Origin: Patescibacteria group bacterium
GTDB taxonomy: Bacteria; Patescibacteriota; Patescibacteriia; SG8-24
Assembly (NCBI GenBank): GCA_028714475.1
Contig: JAQTNC010000001.1
Location: 86,678-150,677, forward strand
DNA: 64,000 bases
Direction: 5' to 3'
Part shown: positions 10,480 through 20,711 of the stretch, piece after piece
Numbering within the stretch: the stretch's first letter is position 1
How the letters are laid out: each line of letters starts with the position of its first letter
The notes under the pieces: model-generated
Told to the model about the DNA's origin: nothing
The model's database searches: none
What the model saw: only the letters and a program-made list of their open reading frames with translations
Position numbers and translations under genes: made by a program

Positions 10480-11904
10480 CTACAGACTAACCTCGATGGC
10501 CGGACGCTCGTGGGCCGGGAAGACGGTCATGCCGCCGCGCGACCGCAGTTCGGCGGTCACGCTGTCGAGAGCGGCTGGACTGCCGTGGGAGACCACGACG
10601 ACCTCGGCTCCCAAGCCATGAATCCCGTCGATCGTCCGCCGACGGCCGTTATGCCCGCCGAGGCGATAGTGTTCGACGTCGCAACGAAGCGACATCGTCC
10701 TGACTACCGTCTCGCGTTGGCTGTGCCGCTGGCTGAACGTGACGTCCGGATTCCGGCCCAACTCGTCTCGGAGTTTGGCCGCCTTGAGGATCTTGTCCCC
10801 GTCCGTCCCTTCAGCCACGTAGCCGGTGAAAGCCACGGTGGCTCCCGGAACCGGCAAGAAACGCTGACGCCACCAGGTGCCGCAGCCGCCTGGGCCACCC
10901 ATGCCGGGCGGCACGATGGCGATGAGGCTGCGGACGGACTCGGCCACGATTTGGCGCATCTGACGATCCTCGATGAGCTTGACGCCCTTCAGACTGACTT
11001 GCCGGTCCCGGTTGCACCAGGAATAGCTAGGGTCGGTCATCATCGGTGCCAAACGGGCAGCGGTGCCGTCGAGGAAAACCTGGCCGCTCTGGGTGATGCC
11101 GCGCCGTGCCAGTTCGCCGGCCACGGTGCCGCCGCGGTGCAGGGAGAAGACGTAGATCAACATCTTGCCTCCGCGCCGAAGCGTCTCGTCGCACTTGTCC
11201 GCCAGCCGGTCCATCTCGGCCCGCCAGTTCGGCGGCTCCGCTTCGGTCGCGCCGTAGGTGCAGTCGGTGCCGGGCACGACATCCGGACGCCATTCGTCCG
11301 GAGTGGGCACGGCGCCCAGGATGCTGGGCTGATCGTGATCACACACGTCACCCGTGTAGAGCACGTTGCACCCATCGATCCGGAACGTGAACGAACACGC
11401 TCCGCCAATGTGACCGGTTGGCTGAACCCAAGTGTCGAGACCGCCAATCTCGTGCTGGCCAGGCCGTTCGATGGCCTGCAGACGGCTCAAGACGTCGATG
11501 ACGTCTCTCCTTCCGTAGGGCTTGGCGAGACTGTCCGTGTCGCTGTCCCAGGTTTCGATCTCCCGGTCGAGCAGGTACTCGAGCACCTGAACCGTCGGGG
11601 TCGTGGCGTAGATGAGCGCGTCCGGCGCAAGGTGCGGCGCCAAACCCGGCAACCCGCCGACGTGATCGTTGTGCGCGTGCGTCAGGTAGACGGAGCCGAT
11701 CTTCCGACCGTCACCGAACGCCGAGAAATCCGGCGTCCTGAAGGTCTCTTCCGAACCGCGACGGTCGATGACCGAACCGCAGTCCACGACGATGCGCCTG
11801 GCAATGCTGCCACCGCGATTGACGACGTCCAGCAACCCACACGAAGGCTCGATCTCGTTGCGTCCCGTGTGCCGACCCAGCCGATGCAATCTTAATGTAG
11901 CCAC
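10480..11904 (-). CDS. Beta-CASP metallo-beta-lactamase fold nuclease (probable RNase)
   Basis: DCG, THAHNDHVG, GHIGGA, YTGDV, DCTYG, GGH, SHG motifs. Confidence 0.9.
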   Translation of the reverse strand: MATLRLHRLGRHTGRNEIEPSCGLLDVVNRGGSIARRIVVDCGSVIDRRGSEETFRTPDFSAFGDGRKIGSVYLTHAHNDHVGGLPGLAPHLAPDALIYATTPTVQVLEYLLDREIETWDSDTDSLAKPYGRRDVIDVLSRLQAIERPGQHEIGGLDTWVQPTGHIGGACSFTFRIDGCNVLYTGDVCDHDQPSILGAVPTPDEWRPDVVPGTDCTYGATEAEPPNWRAEMDRLADKCDETLRRGGKMLIYVFSLHRGGTVAGELARRGITQSGQVFLDGTAARLAPMMTDPSYSWCNRDRQVSLKGVKLIEDRQMRQIVAESVRSLIAIVPPGMGGPGGCGTWWRQRFLPVPGATVAFTGYVAEGTDGDKILKAAKLRDELGRNPDVTFSQRHSQRETVVRTMSLRCDVEHYRLGGHNGRRRTIDGIHGLGAEVVVVSHGSPAALDSVTAELRSRGGMTVFPAHERPAIEVSL

Positions 11905-12100
11905 TGTCTCACCGTTGCGGCCGCGCCCATGGCGTTGCCGTCCTTGTTGGTTGTCTGCTGTCTCTTTTAAAGAGTCTTTGCGTCCCCGCAGAACGCGGAA
12001 ACAACCAAGTATTTAAGCAAAAAATTCTGGGATTGTCAAGTTTAGCGACCAAAAACGCCCTGACACAAGGTCAGGACGTTTCTTCAGTCAACAATGGCCT

Positions 12101-12694
12101 TTATTCGGACAGCGCGAAGCGGACGAACCGCGTGATGCGCATGTTCTCGCCGGTCGTGGCGATCTTCTCCTTGAGCAGTTCCTCAATGGTCTTGTCCTCG
12201 TCCTTGATGAACGCCTGATTGAGGAGACAGACCTCGGAGTAGAACTTGGCGAGCTTGCCCTCGGCAATCTTCTCGATGACCTCACGCGGCTTGCTCGAGC
12301 CCTCGAACTCGGCCATGGCCAATTCCTTCTCCTTCTCGACGACCTCCGGCGGGATGGCGTCCGGGGACAGATAGAGAGGGTTGGTCGCGGCAATCTGCAT
12401 GGCCACGTCATGGACGAACTGCTGGAAGGCGTCGGTGCGGGCGACGAAATCCGTCTCGCACTGCACCTCAACAAGCACGCCCATCATGTTGTTCGGGTGG
12501 ATGTAGGCGTGAACCATGCCTTCCTTGGTCGTTCGCTCGCCGCGCGTGCCGGCCTTGGCGATGCCTTTCTTGCGGAGATGTTCGGCGGCTTTCCCGATGT
12601 CGCCGCCACACTCCTCAAGGGCCTTCTTGCAGTCCACGACGCCGGCACCGGTCTTGGCGCGGAGTTCGGAGACGGTTTGGGTGTCAATTGCCAT
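12101..12694 (-). CDS. tsf: Elongation factor Ts (short form)
   Basis: LRAKTGAGVVDCKKAL, CETDFVA, MQIAATNP; downstream of rpsB. Confidence 0.98.
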   Translation of the reverse strand: MAIDTQTVSELRAKTGAGVVDCKKALEECGGDIGKAAEHLRKKGIAKAGTRGERTTKEGMVHAYIHPNNMMGVLVEVQCETDFVARTDAFQQFVHDVAMQIAATNPLYLSPDAIPPEVVEKEKELAMAEFEGSSKPREVIEKIAEGKLAKFYSEVCLLNQAFIKDEDKTIEELLKEKIATTGENMRITRFVRFALSE

Positions 12695-12708
12695 GTTGGT
12701 TGGGATTA

Positions 12709-12737
12709 GGTGGCGCGCGACAGGGTCGCGCCGCTAC
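12709..12737 (-). repeat. GTAG-type REP element between rpsB and tsf
   Basis: ggtggcgcgcgacagggtcgcgccgctac. Confidence 0.75.
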
Positions 12738-12740
12738 GTG

Positions 12741-13481
12741 TTACGCCACGCGCACCGGCGGGGCGGCTTTCTCCGCCTCCGCAGTCTGGCGCGCGCGCAC
12801 GGCCTGGCCTTCCTTGACGGCCTCGGCCATGAGCTTCGTCATGAGCTCGATGGTCTTCACCGCGTCGTCATTCGACGGAATCGGATAAGCAATCTCGTCC
12901 GGGTTGGTGTTGGTGTCAGTCAACGCGATGACCGGGATGTGGCGTTCGCGGGCCTCGTCGAGAGCGGTCTTTTCCTTCTTGAGGTCGATGATGAACATCG
13001 CTTCCGGCGGCCGGGTGATTTTCTGGACGCCGCCGACCTTCTCCTCCATCTCGACGATTTCCTTGGCGAACTTAATCTGTTCCTTCTTGGTGTACTTGGC
13101 GAGACCGCCGGTGGCCTGCTGGGCCTTGAGGTCGTTGTAGCGGCGGATGACGGCCATGATTTCGGTGAAGTTGGTCAGCGTGCCGCCGAGCCAGCGTCCG
13201 ATGACGTACGGCATGCCGCATTCCTCGGCGTATTTCTTGACGATGTCGCGAGCCTGGCGCTTGGTGCCGAGGAACAGCACGACGCCCCCGCGGGCGACCG
13301 TGTCGCGGACGAAATCCATCGCCTGCTGAAGCTTGACCTGCGTCTTCTCGAGGTCAATCACGTGAATGCCGTTCCTGGCGCCGAAGATGAACGGTTGCAT
13401 CTTCGGATGCCAACGGGACGACTTGTGTCCGAAATGGACACCGGCCTGGAGCAACTCCAGGATAGAGGGAACTTGAGGCAT
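12741..13481 (-). CDS. rpsB: 30S ribosomal protein S2
   Basis: LLQAGVHFGH, RWLGGTLTN, DTNTNP, PSNDDA. Confidence 0.99.
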   Translation of the reverse strand: MPQVPSILELLQAGVHFGHKSSRWHPKMQPFIFGARNGIHVIDLEKTQVKLQQAMDFVRDTVARGGVVLFLGTKRQARDIVKKYAEECGMPYVIGRWLGGTLTNFTEIMAVIRRYNDLKAQQATGGLAKYTKKEQIKFAKEIVEMEEKVGGVQKITRPPEAMFIIDLKKEKTALDEARERHIPVIALTDTNTNPDEIAYPIPSNDDAVKTIELMTKLMAEAVKEGQAVRARQTAEAEKAAPPVRVA

Positions 13482-13742
13482 AAATATGGCCTTTAACCTC
13501 TGCGGCACTGACCACGGGATCGCTCGGCTTCCCTAAAACCGATCGACAGGCCCCGTTGTCGCTTGAGCCGCATGAGTGATGAATAAATGGAAAACGCAAT
13601 GAGGGCGCTTTCCACAGGCCACATCATATGACAGAAGCGAAAATAGTTCAAGTGGGCGGCAAGGCGCCCAAAACGCTTGCCGCAGCAAAACACAATCGCC
13701 GCCCTGCTAGAGAGCGGCGACGCAAGACGTTCGATCTCGACT

Positions 13743-14297
13743 TCACGCCAAAACCGGGCTCAAGACGCCATCGACAATGTCCGCGACGTCCGTGAATTGG
13801 TTCAGGCGGAAGGCGTGAGCACGAGCCGCCAGCCTTTCGTCCAACAATCTCCTCCACGGCTCGACATCCCGCTCGCCGTAAGCGAAACAGAACACCGGCA
13901 CCCGATTCAGGACTTGAGCCATCATGGCGGCGACCTCTTCCCAATCGGTTGGCAGGTCGACCCCGTTCAAGGTGCGCTTCGGACCCTGTTCTTTCGTGCG
14001 ACGATCCGGCATGAGCGGGCGCGGCCAAACCGTGATGACTGCCGCGTAATCTGGTGTCGGAACTGCCTGGGCGACGTGAACTGCTCGCGGACGGGCATCC
14101 TTCTGCGGGCACACCCGCAAATACGACATCGCGGACACAACTGAAGCGCCATAATTTGCCGCCATCAATTCGTCAATCTTATCCGGTGGCAAAGACGCGA
14201 GCGTAATTGTGTATCCGGCCTCGGGCAACACTCTGATGGCCGTCGGGAACCACCGACCGTTAACCGCAACCAACAGAACTTGTCTGTTGCTGAACAT
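13743..14297 (-). CDS. Hypothetical (orphan) protein
   Basis: GGAG SD before MFSNRQ; TTGACA about 60 nt upstream. Confidence 0.6.
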   Translation of the reverse strand: MFSNRQVLLVAVNGRWFPTAIRVLPEAGYTITLASLPPDKIDELMAANYGASVVSAMSYLRVCPQKDARPRAVHVAQAVPTPDYAAVITVWPRPLMPDRRTKEQGPKRTLNGVDLPTDWEEVAAMMAQVLNRVPVFCFAYGERDVEPWRRLLDERLAARAHAFRLNQFTDVADIVDGVLSPVLA

Positions 14298-14456
14298 GTT
14301 TGCTCCAATCTCCAAGGAACACGCTATAAGGAGATTAGCGCGACTCACCCGGTTGTCAAGCTTAGCGAGCCGAAAAGCCTATCCTTTCTCTCGTCCACCG
14401 CCCCAACAGCCGGGATTTGACTGATTTCCCAACCGATGATAATCTCCTAAGCGTTA

Positions 14457-14620
14457 GAGCCTATCCCAATAGGTATTCGCGGCGCGAAAGCGGACGTTTC
14501 CCGCAGGGACCGGCGCGAGAAACCTCGTCGAAATATCTAGGGATATTCCTCCTCGGTTTTCGCGCGGCCCTGCGGGAAGCCTCCCGTTTTCGCCTCGCAA
14601 ACCCCTATTGGGATAGGCTC
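14457..14620. mobile_element. MITE-like foldback element with terminal inverted repeats and TTA duplication
   Basis: tta|gagcctatcccaatagg ... cctattgggataggctc|tta; internal arms also pair. Confidence 0.75.
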
Positions 14621-14636
14621 TTAATCCGGCATCAAT

Positions 14637-14906
14637 ATGAAGAAAGAAATCCATCCGAAATACTATCCTGAAGCCAAAGTCGTCTGCGCCTGCGGCAACA
14701 CCTTCACGGTCGGCTCGACCGTCGAGAGGCTGGATGTCGAGTTGTGTTCGGCCTGTCACCCGTTCTACACGGGCAAGCAGAAGATCGTGGATACCGCCCG
14801 CCGCGTCGAGAAGTTCCAGGAGCGCGCCGCCAAGAAAGATACGGGCAAGCTCGCCGCCAAGAAAGCCAAGGTGGCGGAACGCAAGACCGCGAAAGCAAAG
14901 AAGTAG
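14637..14906 (+). CDS. rpmE: 50S ribosomal protein L31 (zinc-binding type)
   Basis: [26 protein letters not shown]. Confidence 0.98.
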   Translation: MKKEIHPKYYPEAKVVCACGNTFTVGSTVERLDVELCSACHPFYTGKQKIVDTARRVEKFQERAAKKDTGKLAAKKAKVAERKTAKAKK

Positions 14907-14962
14907 CGGTGCAAAGACGGGGCGGGGTTGTAATACCCAGCTCCGTTTTGAATAGAATGAAC

Positions 14963-15025
14963 GTAGCGGCCGGACCCTGTCCGGCACCACGAATAAGGTG
15001 GTGCGCGACAGGGTCGCACCGCTAC
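14963..15025. repeat. Inverted GTAG-REP doublet (REPIN-like)
   Basis: gtagcggccggaccctgtccggcaccac gaataa ggtggtgcgcgacagggtcgcaccgctac. Confidence 0.8.
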
Positions 15026-15032
15026 AAATCAT

Positions 15033-16100
15033 ATGGACATCTCCGCCGAACTCAATCAACGCCGCGCCCGTGCCGCGGAAATCGAGGCCGCCCTCCAGGA
15101 TTCGGCCATTTTCGGCGAACCGTCAAAAATGAAAAAGCTCAATCAGGAATATTCCGGGTTGAAGGAGGCGATTTCGCTCGGCGACAAGTACGAAGCGGCC
15201 GCTAAGGCGCTCGCGGACGCGGAAAAGGAAGCGGCCAGCGGCGACGCGGAAATGGCCGAGCTGGCGCGCGAGGAAGTCACGCGGTTGCACGACGAGATCG
15301 GGAAGCTCAAGCCGGAACTCGAACTGGCACTCGTGCCGCCCGATCCGCTCGACCAGAAGAACTGCTACGTGGAAATCCGCGCCGGCGCCGGCGGCGAGGA
15401 AGCGGCGCTGTTCGCCGCCGAACTCTTCCGCATGTATTCGCGCCTCGCCGAACGCCGCGGCTGGAAGACGGGGCTCTCGTCGTCGAGCCGCACCGAGCTC
15501 GGCGGCTTCAAGGAAATCATCTTTTACGTCGATGGCGTCAACGCCTATCGCGACCTCAAGTTCGAAAGTGGCGTCCATCGCGTCCAGCGCGTGCCGGAAA
15601 CCGAGAAGACCGGGCGCATTCACACCTCGACCGTCACCGTCGCGGTCATGCCGGAAGCCGAGGAAATCGACATCAAGATCGAGCCGAAGGACCTCCGCAT
15701 CGACACCTTCCTGTCCGGCGGCCACGGCGGCCAGAGCGTTCAGACGACCTATTCCGCCGTGCGCATCACCTACCTGCCGACCGGCATGATCGTCCAGTGT
15801 CAGGACGAGCGCTCGCAGACGCAGAACAAGGAACGCGCCATGAGCATCCTGCGCGCGCGGCTCTTCGCCATCGAGGAGGAGAAGCGGCGGGCCGCGGAGA
15901 CGGCCTTGCGCCGCGGTCAGGTCGGCTCCGGCGAACGCTCCGAAAAAATCCGCACCTACAATTACCCGCAGGACCGCATCACCGACCACCGCATCCACCG
16001 CAGTTGGCACAACATCCAGCAGGTTTTGGACGGCGATTTGGATCCGATATTCGCTGCTTTGCGCGCCGGAGCGATGGGTGACGAAGAGGATGAAGACTGA
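15033..16100 (+). CDS. prfA: Peptide chain release factor 1
   Basis: [19 protein letters not shown] (PxT), [12 protein letters not shown]. Confidence 0.98.
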   Translation: MDISAELNQRRARAAEIEAALQDSAIFGEPSKMKKLNQEYSGLKEAISLGDKYEAAAKALADAEKEAASGDAEMAELAREEVTRLHDEIGKLKPELELALVPPDPLDQKNCYVEIRAGAGGEEAALFAAELFRMYSRLAERRGWKTGLSSSSRTELGGFKEIIFYVDGVNAYRDLKFESGVHRVQRVPETEKTGRIHTSTVTVAVMPEAEEIDIKIEPKDLRIDTFLSGGHGGQSVQTTYSAVRITYLPTGMIVQCQDERSQTQNKERAMSILRARLFAIEEEKRRAAETALRRGQVGSGERSEKIRTYNYPQDRITDHRIHRSWHNIQQVLDGDLDPIFAALRAGAMGDEEDED

Positions 16101-16101
16101 T

Positions 16102-16836
16102 ATGCCCGAATCCACGGCTCCAGCACTCCAGCGCTCCAGCACTCCAGCACTTCACCAAGCCGTCATCATGGCGGCTGGCCTCGGCACGCGCCTGCGTCCG
16201 CACACGCTCGAGACGCCGAAGCCGCTCTTGGCCGTCGCTGGTCGGCCGATCCTAGAATGGAACATCGATGCCTTGCCTAAGGAAATCGAGGAAATCATCC
16301 TCGTCGTCGGCTACCTACAAGAAAAAATACGCGAACATTTCGGCGCCGAGTGGGGTAGCCGACGTGTGCGCTACATCGAGCAGGCGGAACTCAAGGGCAC
16401 GGGCCACGCGCTCTTCGCCTGCCAGAACCAGCTGCACGACCGCTTCCTCGTGCTGAACGGCGACGATTTGTACGGCGTGGACGATTTGGCGGAACTCGCG
16501 CGCCACGACCTCGCCATTCTCGCCAAGGAGACGAACAAATCCTGCCGTTACGGCGCGTTCCACACCGACGAGCAGGGGCGGCTTCTTGCCATCATCGAAG
16601 GCGGCGAAACCCAGCCCGGCGCGCTCGTGAACGCCGGTGCTTACGTCCTCGACCGCGACATCTTCGACTGCCCGCTCGTGCCCATCCGCGACGGGAAGGA
16701 ATTTGGTCTGCCGCAGACCGTCGTCCTGCTCGCCCAAAAACGCCCGGTGGACATCGTCCGCGCCAACTTCTGGGTGCCCATCGGCTTTCCGGATGATTTG
16801 GAAATCGCGACCGCAGCGCTGCAGGAGCGGCTATGA
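16102..16836 (+). CDS. Sugar-phosphate nucleotidyltransferase family protein
   Basis: AVIMAAGLGTRLRP..PKPL, LKGTGHAL, LNGDD. Confidence 0.9.
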   Translation: MPESTAPALQRSSTPALHQAVIMAAGLGTRLRPHTLETPKPLLAVAGRPILEWNIDALPKEIEEIILVVGYLQEKIREHFGAEWGSRRVRYIEQAELKGTGHALFACQNQLHDRFLVLNGDDLYGVDDLAELARHDLAILAKETNKSCRYGAFHTDEQGRLLAIIEGGETQPGALVNAGAYVLDRDIFDCPLVPIRDGKEFGLPQTVVLLAQKRPVDIVRANFWVPIGFPDDLEIATAALQERL

Positions 16837-17747
16837 AATCGCCAAAAAAACGCTTGCCCCGACAAAACAAGGCCACGCCGGAAACGGTCGCGGCACTTTT
16901 GGCTTCTGGAAGACAACAACTCGGTAGTCACGTTTGTCCTGACGTCGACGCCGGACGAGAAGCCGAACTCCTGCTCGCCACGGCCATGAAACGCGACCGC
17001 GTTTTCCTTTTCGCGCATCCGGAAGCAACCGTCACGAAAACGGTTGCCAATAAATTCCGCGACCTCGTCCGCCGTCGGCTGAAACACGAACCCATCGCCT
17101 ATCTCGTCGGCTTCCAGCCGTTCGTGGGCCGCGATTTCAAGGTTAATCGCCGCACCCTCATTCCCCGTCCCGCGACCGAACACATCGTGACCGCCGCCAT
17201 CGAAGCAGCCAAGGCCGTGCCGGACACCGCCATCGCCGACATCGGCACCGGCTCCGGCTGCATTGCCCTCACGCTCGCGGCGGAAATGACCGGCATGAAT
17301 GTATTTGCCACCGATGCCTCTGCCTCCGCCCTGGTCATCGCCCGCGCGAACGCACGAAAACTCAATTTATCCAAGCAAGTAATCTTTCTGAAAGGGAACC
17401 TCGCCGCGCCGGTTCTCAAAAAAATCTCGTCCGTCCAGCCGCTCATCGTCGTCGCCAATCTACCGTATATATCAACCGCGCACTGGCGTAAACTGCGGCC
17501 GGGAATAAAAAAATACGAACCGAGATCCGCCCTCGTCGCCGGCCGCGACGGCCTCGATGACTACCGCGCCCTGCTCGCCCAGCTTGTCGCCGCCAAACGC
17601 CGCGCCCCGACGACCATCATCATGGAAATCCTGCCAAAACAATTTCGCCCCCTCGCCGCGGTCATCCGTCGCTCCTTCGGTGCCGAAGCAAAGCCCATCA
17701 AAAACCTCGCCGGCATCGCGGTCGGACTGACCGCCTTGTTAAAATAG
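16833..17747 (+). CDS. prmC: Release factor glutamine methyltransferase
   Basis: EPIAYLVG, LIPRPATE, DIGTGSGCI, ANLPY, EP..AL..G.DGL. Confidence 0.95.
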   Translation: MKSPKKRLPRQNKATPETVAALLASGRQQLGSHVCPDVDAGREAELLLATAMKRDRVFLFAHPEATVTKTVANKFRDLVRRRLKHEPIAYLVGFQPFVGRDFKVNRRTLIPRPATEHIVTAAIEAAKAVPDTAIADIGTGSGCIALTLAAEMTGMNVFATDASASALVIARANARKLNLSKQVIFLKGNLAAPVLKKISSVQPLIVVANLPYISTAHWRKLRPGIKKYEPRSALVAGRDGLDDYRALLAQLVAAKRRAPTTIIMEILPKQFRPLAAVIRRSFGAEAKPIKNLAGIAVGLTALLK

Positions 17748-17845
17748 TTTTTCTGGCGCGCAAAACCAGTCAGAAGGCAGTGACGTATTCAAAAAATTAG
17801 CGACCCGGGGCACAAGGCACCGGGCCGCGTATTCTGACCAGTCGA

Positions 17846-18592
17846 TCAGAGATTAAGACGGCTTTTTCGGCGAAAGAAACGCTCGGCGCGCCGCAACAAT
17901 CGGAAATTGCCGGGGTAATGCGCGCCGGCATACGTGGTTCCGCCCCAATCAAGCGCCACGAGAAGGCATTGCATCGAGCCGAGATCGATGATTCTCCCGT
18001 CCTCGACGGTGTGCTGGTCGCTCGTGCAGAAATCGCTCGCGGTGCCCTTCGGCGCGACGAGCGCCGGCAGACCTTCGGTCAGGATACCGAACATTCCGCG
18101 ATGTCGAACGACCATCTGGAAGTACGGGATGGCCCCGATGTCACCTCGCTCCACATGCGTCCCACCCCAGAAATCGGCCAGTGAAAATGACCTCTCTACT
18201 CGATCGCCAAACCTGGACAGCTTGGCGGAGCATTGCTCATAGCCGGCCTCGGTGTGGAACGAGACGGTCGCGAGTCGGCCGGTTACGAAGTCGTAGTAGA
18301 CGTCGAAAGCGCCAAACTCGCCTAAATCGCTGCACGGCGAACGCCTTTGGGCAATCTCGTAGCCCATCTGGCCCTCGTCCTTCTTGAGCTTCAGGAGCAC
18401 GGTGATTTCCGTTTCCGGTGCCACCTCGCAACGACCGACTTCGTATGCCCACCGCGTGCCGCCTCGGCCGATTGGCTGGCATTGGCCATCACGCGCCACA
18501 TGACTCGCAAACACCGAACGGATTCTTTCCAGAAGATCAGGACGCCCAAGCAGGGCGGCCCTCACCTGTAAAGTCCTTTCAAGATACTGCAT
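17846..18592 (-). CDS. Hypothetical (orphan) protein, weak kinase-like motifs
   Basis: AAAGGAGG SD; IGRGGTRWAY, VLLKLKK, RIIDLG. Confidence 0.65.
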   Translation of the reverse strand: MQYLERTLQVRAALLGRPDLLERIRSVFASHVARDGQCQPIGRGGTRWAYEVGRCEVAPETEITVLLKLKKDEGQMGYEIAQRRSPCSDLGEFGAFDVYYDFVTGRLATVSFHTEAGYEQCSAKLSRFGDRVERSFSLADFWGGTHVERGDIGAIPYFQMVVRHRGMFGILTEGLPALVAPKGTASDFCTSDQHTVEDGRIIDLGSMQCLLVALDWGGTTYAGAHYPGNFRLLRRAERFFRRKSRLNL

Positions 18593-18782
18593 TGCCACCC
18601 TCCTTTCTGCGCTGCTGACTCCGGGTGTTAACGCGCCCAGACTTTAACATCGTCGCCAACCAGCGTCAATCCTGGTGCCTGGCACCAAAGGGACAGTCAA
18701 GCTTTAGTCGAGCGACGATCGCCTGATTTCTGTTCTTCACGAAAAACCCCGGCCTGATGCCGGGGCTCTTGATAATCATTAC

Positions 18783-19208
18783 CTATGGCTTCGCGTAATG
18801 CTCCCCCTTCGGCTGGACCCGATCTGATTCGAGCGTGTAGCGGATGGAATAATCAGCGCCACCGCCCTTGTACAGCAAACACTTGGTCATGTCATCCGGC
18901 CATTTCGGGTCATGAAAAATCTTGGTGTCCTCAAGAAACTTCCCGTCCGTGAGCGCCTTGACGAGTGCGTCCTGCCCGGTGATGCAGCCGGTAAACTCCG
19001 GGTAAGCATCGCGCGCGGACTGGTAAAGGGCGAGCGCCTTCTGAATCTGCTGAACCGCGGCCGTGCGCGTCACGTCACGCCTGAAAGTTGCCTGTTGGGC
19101 CGCCACCAAGAGCACCAAAGTCAGGAAGGTCAGAAAAGCCATCAAGGCGAGCATGAGTTCCATGACCGTGAAACCGCGAACAGAATCTGGACGAAGTTGT
19201 TTTGACAT
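18783..19208 (-). CDS. Type IV pilin / T2SS pseudopilin-like protein
   Basis: Prepilin cleavage motif RG|FTVMEL, RD..R...IQKALALY, DP motif. Confidence 0.85.
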   Translation of the reverse strand: MSKQLRPDSVRGFTVMELMLALMAFLTFLTLVLLVAAQQATFRRDVTRTAAVQQIQKALALYQSARDAYPEFTGCITGQDALVKALTDGKFLEDTKIFHDPKWPDDMTKCLLYKGGGADYSIRYTLESDRVQPKGEHYAKP

Positions 19209-19216
19209 TATCGTAA

Positions 19217-20356
19217 TCAATAGGTGACGACCGCGCTCGTCGGCGCCATCTCCACCCAGGTTATGCCTGGGTTGAAGGCGATGGGCTGGCCATTCTCATC
19301 GAAATACGCGGTGCGCCCGCCGGCTGAACGGCGCCAGACGGCCGGCGTAACCACGCCGTCGTTGGCCACGAGAGCCTCTCCTTCGCCGGTGGTGGTGATG
19401 CGCCGCCGGCCGACCTCGTCTAGGATGACTACCTTAACGTATTGTACAACGACATTCTTCGCCCGTATAGCCGCGCCGTCGTCGCGCGCCGGCGTCTCGT
19501 TCTGATATCGCCGGTAGTCGTTGGTGGCGCGGTCATACCGCCAGACCGCGCGGTAAGCCTCGACCGAGAAATCCACCGAAATGTCCGGGGCGGTTTCCGG
19601 CCGCGCCTCGAGCGGTGCCTCGTCCTTGTACGGCCAAGCGGCCGCTGGCGTCAAGACGTGGTCAGGAAAAACGGCGTTCGCGGCGGAGTTGAGCAAGTCG
19701 GTGGAGGTATAAACGTTGTGCGGCGCGTCCCGACCCGTATCCCGCCAGAAATACTTGCCGCGGAAGAACTCGTTGAGATCGCGGAGCGACAAGGACTTCA
19801 GCTTTGTGAGCGCCTCCGGACTGCCGCCGCAATGGGCATACAGGGCGTCCAGCTCGCCGGCCCAATCCAGGTAATACGGCCGCGCCGACCGCACCGGCCC
19901 GATCTTCGCGACCTTCTCGTCGGCCGGATAAAACGCCAGGAAGCGGGTGATGCCGCCCTCGGCCGGCGCCTCGACGACGAGCCGCGCCGCCGCCACGCCG
20001 GACGAAGGGCGCGCCTCAACCATGTTGTCAATCATGACCGCGAAAACGTCCGGCTCGACATAATCCGCGGCGACCGCCTGCCCGTCGAGCGCGCGCCGCT
20101 TTTCCACCGGCTCCGGCTTCACCGCGTCCTCCGTCAGCTGGCCGCGCCTTTGGGCAAAACCACCAAACCACGGCATATAACCCTGCCAATAGGTCCAACC
20201 CAGCGCCGCCACGGCGACCACGACCACGAACGCCAGTGCACTCCACATGACGGCCGAGCGCCAAAAACCGTCAGGGTTAGCCGAAACCGTCCGAGAACCG
20301 GGTTTCAGCGCCTGGCGGGCGTTTTTTTCGCTTGATGGACGCGTCTGATTAATCAT
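19217..20356 (-). CDS. DUF3048 domain membrane-anchored protein (YerB-like)
   Basis: AVMIDN..ARP.SG, EGGITRF, GPVRSARPY, HCGGS, APHNVY. Confidence 0.92.
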   Translation of the reverse strand: MINQTRPSSEKNARQALKPGSRTVSANPDGFWRSAVMWSALAFVVVVAVAALGWTYWQGYMPWFGGFAQRRGQLTEDAVKPEPVEKRRALDGQAVAADYVEPDVFAVMIDNMVEARPSSGVAAARLVVEAPAEGGITRFLAFYPADEKVAKIGPVRSARPYYLDWAGELDALYAHCGGSPEALTKLKSLSLRDLNEFFRGKYFWRDTGRDAPHNVYTSTDLLNSAANAVFPDHVLTPAAAWPYKDEAPLEARPETAPDISVDFSVEAYRAVWRYDRATNDYRRYQNETPARDDGAAIRAKNVVVQYVKVVILDEVGRRRITTTGEGEALVANDGVVTPAVWRRSAGGRTAYFDENGQPIAFNPGITWVEMAPTSAVVTY

Positions 20357-20669
20357 ACTTGGTCACCTTTGCTGTTATGTTACCACAATTTTCGGAAATT
20401 CGACAGCTAATCTGGCGCATATCAGACAAACCTAAAAAGCGCCGCCATCGGGCCACCTGACTCTGCGAACGCCCCCTCCCTCGCCCGCGTCGCCCATGCG
20501 CCACGCGGCCAGCGGAGCCGCCCGCAGGGGCTGGCGCGGAGGGCTTTTCCGGGGCGCGGGTGGAACGCGCCCTGCCCGGAGCGCCTGCCCCTGCGGGCGG
20601 CGGAGCGAATCGCTAGCGACACCAATCTGCCCGGTTTCCGCACTGAACGACGAAGAACCAAATTACGAA

Positions 20670-20696
20670 AGGCTCCCCGCTTGAGCGGGGAGCCTT
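20670..20696. terminator. Hairpin downstream of rplY
   Basis: aggctccccgc ttga gcggggagcct. Confidence 0.6.
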
Positions 20697-20711
20697 GATG
20701 ATTCATTCAGA

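Noticed and set aside
12101-12694. Short EF-Ts as a truncation or pseudogene
   Set aside because: The ~200 aa form is a known functional type (for example Thermus, cyanobacteria) and both termini are intact.
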